Positions 1-64,000 of a stretch of 64,000 nucleotides of DNA are shown here, in pieces. Source of the DNA: Octopus vulgaris (Eukaryota); NCBI GenBank assembly GCA_951406725.2, contig OX597820.1:111600001-111664000 (forward strand). Direction: 5' to 3'. The position numbers and the translations under genes are program-made. Position 1 is the first letter of the stretch; each line of letters starts with the position of its first letter. The notes below the pieces were generated by a model. That model did not search any database, was not told the DNA's origin, and saw only the letters and a list, made by a program, of their open reading frames with translations.

Positions 1-1549
1 CCTCTATGCCAAAGTAGACATTGGAGCACGACGTAATCCTCCAATTTGTCTAATCCATGCTAGCTTGGAAAACTGACATTAGCTGATGATGTATCTACGA
101 CTACATTATCCAATATGTCCTTTTTAAAGACAGTGATTTGAAGGGGAGCTGGCTGCTATTTTTAACAAATTTGGTGACCATATAGAGCTTTGTTGTTATT
201 ACATAGGGAAGTGGATGACAAAAACCATAAAGCATTCACATATTGCTGGAACAACAATATAGAAACTACATCATTCCATCATAGAATAACTAAATGGTTA
301 CTAGTTATGTGTACAATACACTTACAATTACTGTGCCTGTGTTAGGTTCATTAATTCATTTTACATCCATATTTCCATGCTAGCATAAATTAAATGAATA
401 TATTAATGAGATGCATTTTCTGTTGCCGACCCTTATGTTTTCCAAGAGATCTTTTGCTTGGCAGAAGTTTGCTGACAGAAGTGGCAACAACACTGCTTGT
501 AACTTGCAACATTCATAGAATACAATGTACACACAAACAGGGCTTCCAGTCCTGTCTACTGAATTCACTCACAAGGCTTTGGCCATCTTGGGGGTATACT
601 AGAAGATGCTTGCCCAAGGTACCAAATGAGACTGACCCTGAAACCACATGATTGTGAAGTGAATTACTCAAGCACACAGCACACAACTATGCTGGATCCT
701 ATACTAATAAAAAAACCTTCTTTGTAAATCATAAATATGAAAGCAGAAAGACAAATTTTTAAGAAGCTCAATAGCTATGAGGTTAAGATACTGGATTATG
801 CATTCAGTTCAAATATTTCTATAACATTTGACCAGTGTAACCCTTGGGTTCAATACCACTGCAAAGCACCTTTGACAAGTATCTTCTACCAGAGTGTGTG
901 ACTAACTTAAGTATTGTAAGTGAAATTGGATAGACAGAAACTATGTTGAAGTTCAACAGATCAACCGTCTAGTAATTCAAATGAGTCAGCCCTAGTCACA
1001 CACAGTGTCACGTGAAGTCTGCCTAAGGAGTATGCTAAGGGGCCATGTGCCCATGGAATACTTAGCTACTTACATTATCACTCACTTTGCCTAGTAGACA
1101 ATATCTAACACTCCTACACCACAGGCAAGTGACTGACATCATCGTTATCATCAACATTTAACATCTATCTTTGATGCGTTGGATGGGTTAATAGGAGTCG
1201 ACAAGCCTTAGGACTGTGTTGAGTACTAATGTCTGCTTTGGCATCATTTCCAAAGCTGGATGCCCTTCCTAGCACCAACTACTTTAGACTGTACTGGGTG
1301 CTTTTTTTTTCATAGCATCAGCACTAGTAAAGCCACCAAGTAACTCGCAAGTGACAAACCCCTCAGTTAAGTGGGAGTGCAGTGTTGAGGGAGGTGGCTT
1401 TGTACGAGGTGTTGGGAGCTTAAAATTTGAAGAAACATCATACTTGAGTGCATTAAATTGTTAAAATTATATCCAAATCAACTACTACACTCTTATTCTA
1501 CATCAACACAGTGAATTTTTCTGTAAAATAGTTAAAACAGAGGAAATCA

Positions 1550-63621
<62,072 letters not shown>

Positions 63622-64000
63622 CTGGACGACAGATGAAGGTAAATGGTTAGAGAAACTATACATCATCATTCATTAATTTGTCAGTACTATTCAAATAGTG
63701 TCAGCTGCAATAGATTCACGCCTGCTATCACTACACTTGCTTATAAGGTCCGATCTCAAATAATATCAAGATAGCTTTAATTGTATGGTGTAACTCAGCG
63801 TTTCCCAACCTATTTTTCCCCAGGCCCCACTATAACTTTCCAGAGAAATGTATGCCCTACTGGTTGGTAAAAATCAATTTTATTTCTAATATTTTATTAC
63901 AATAATTTAATGCAAAAGAATTTATCAGTAACTCTTTTATTAAGTACTGAGTCCAAAAATAGTACATTACTGACTCAGAAAAAAAAGTGAATCACTTTAA

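Noticed and set aside
63797-64000. CAGCGTTTCCCAACC hAT-like terminus
   Set aside because: No matching second TIR inside the window, so the element cannot be delimited.

Overview
Eukaryotic (animal) AT-rich genomic DNA. The repeat landscape suggests a cephalopod, probably Octopus (inference from recalled SINE/RTE families, not verified). The whole window lies inside one minus-strand gene, the PIKK-family nonsense-mediated-decay kinase SMG1. I traced 28 consecutive coding exons (63621 down to 1568) with GT-AG ends and matching phases, totalling 4527 nt or 1509 codons. They cover the HEAT/FAT region upstream of the kinase domain; both gene ends lie outside the window. The introns hold tRNA-derived SINEs, RTE and CR1-group LINE pieces, Tc1/mariner, hAT and Helitron-like elements, often nested. 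The main find is three insertions of a ~350-nt tandem/inverted repeat whose monomer carries a minimal type I hammerhead ribozyme (7 motifs), i.e. a retrozyme/Penelope-pLTR-like family. Also notable: an RTE LINE with a PHD finger inside its RT region and a 94-bp tandem array at its 5' end, both inserted into a DD36E Tc1 element, and an ORF1-only LINE-like element.
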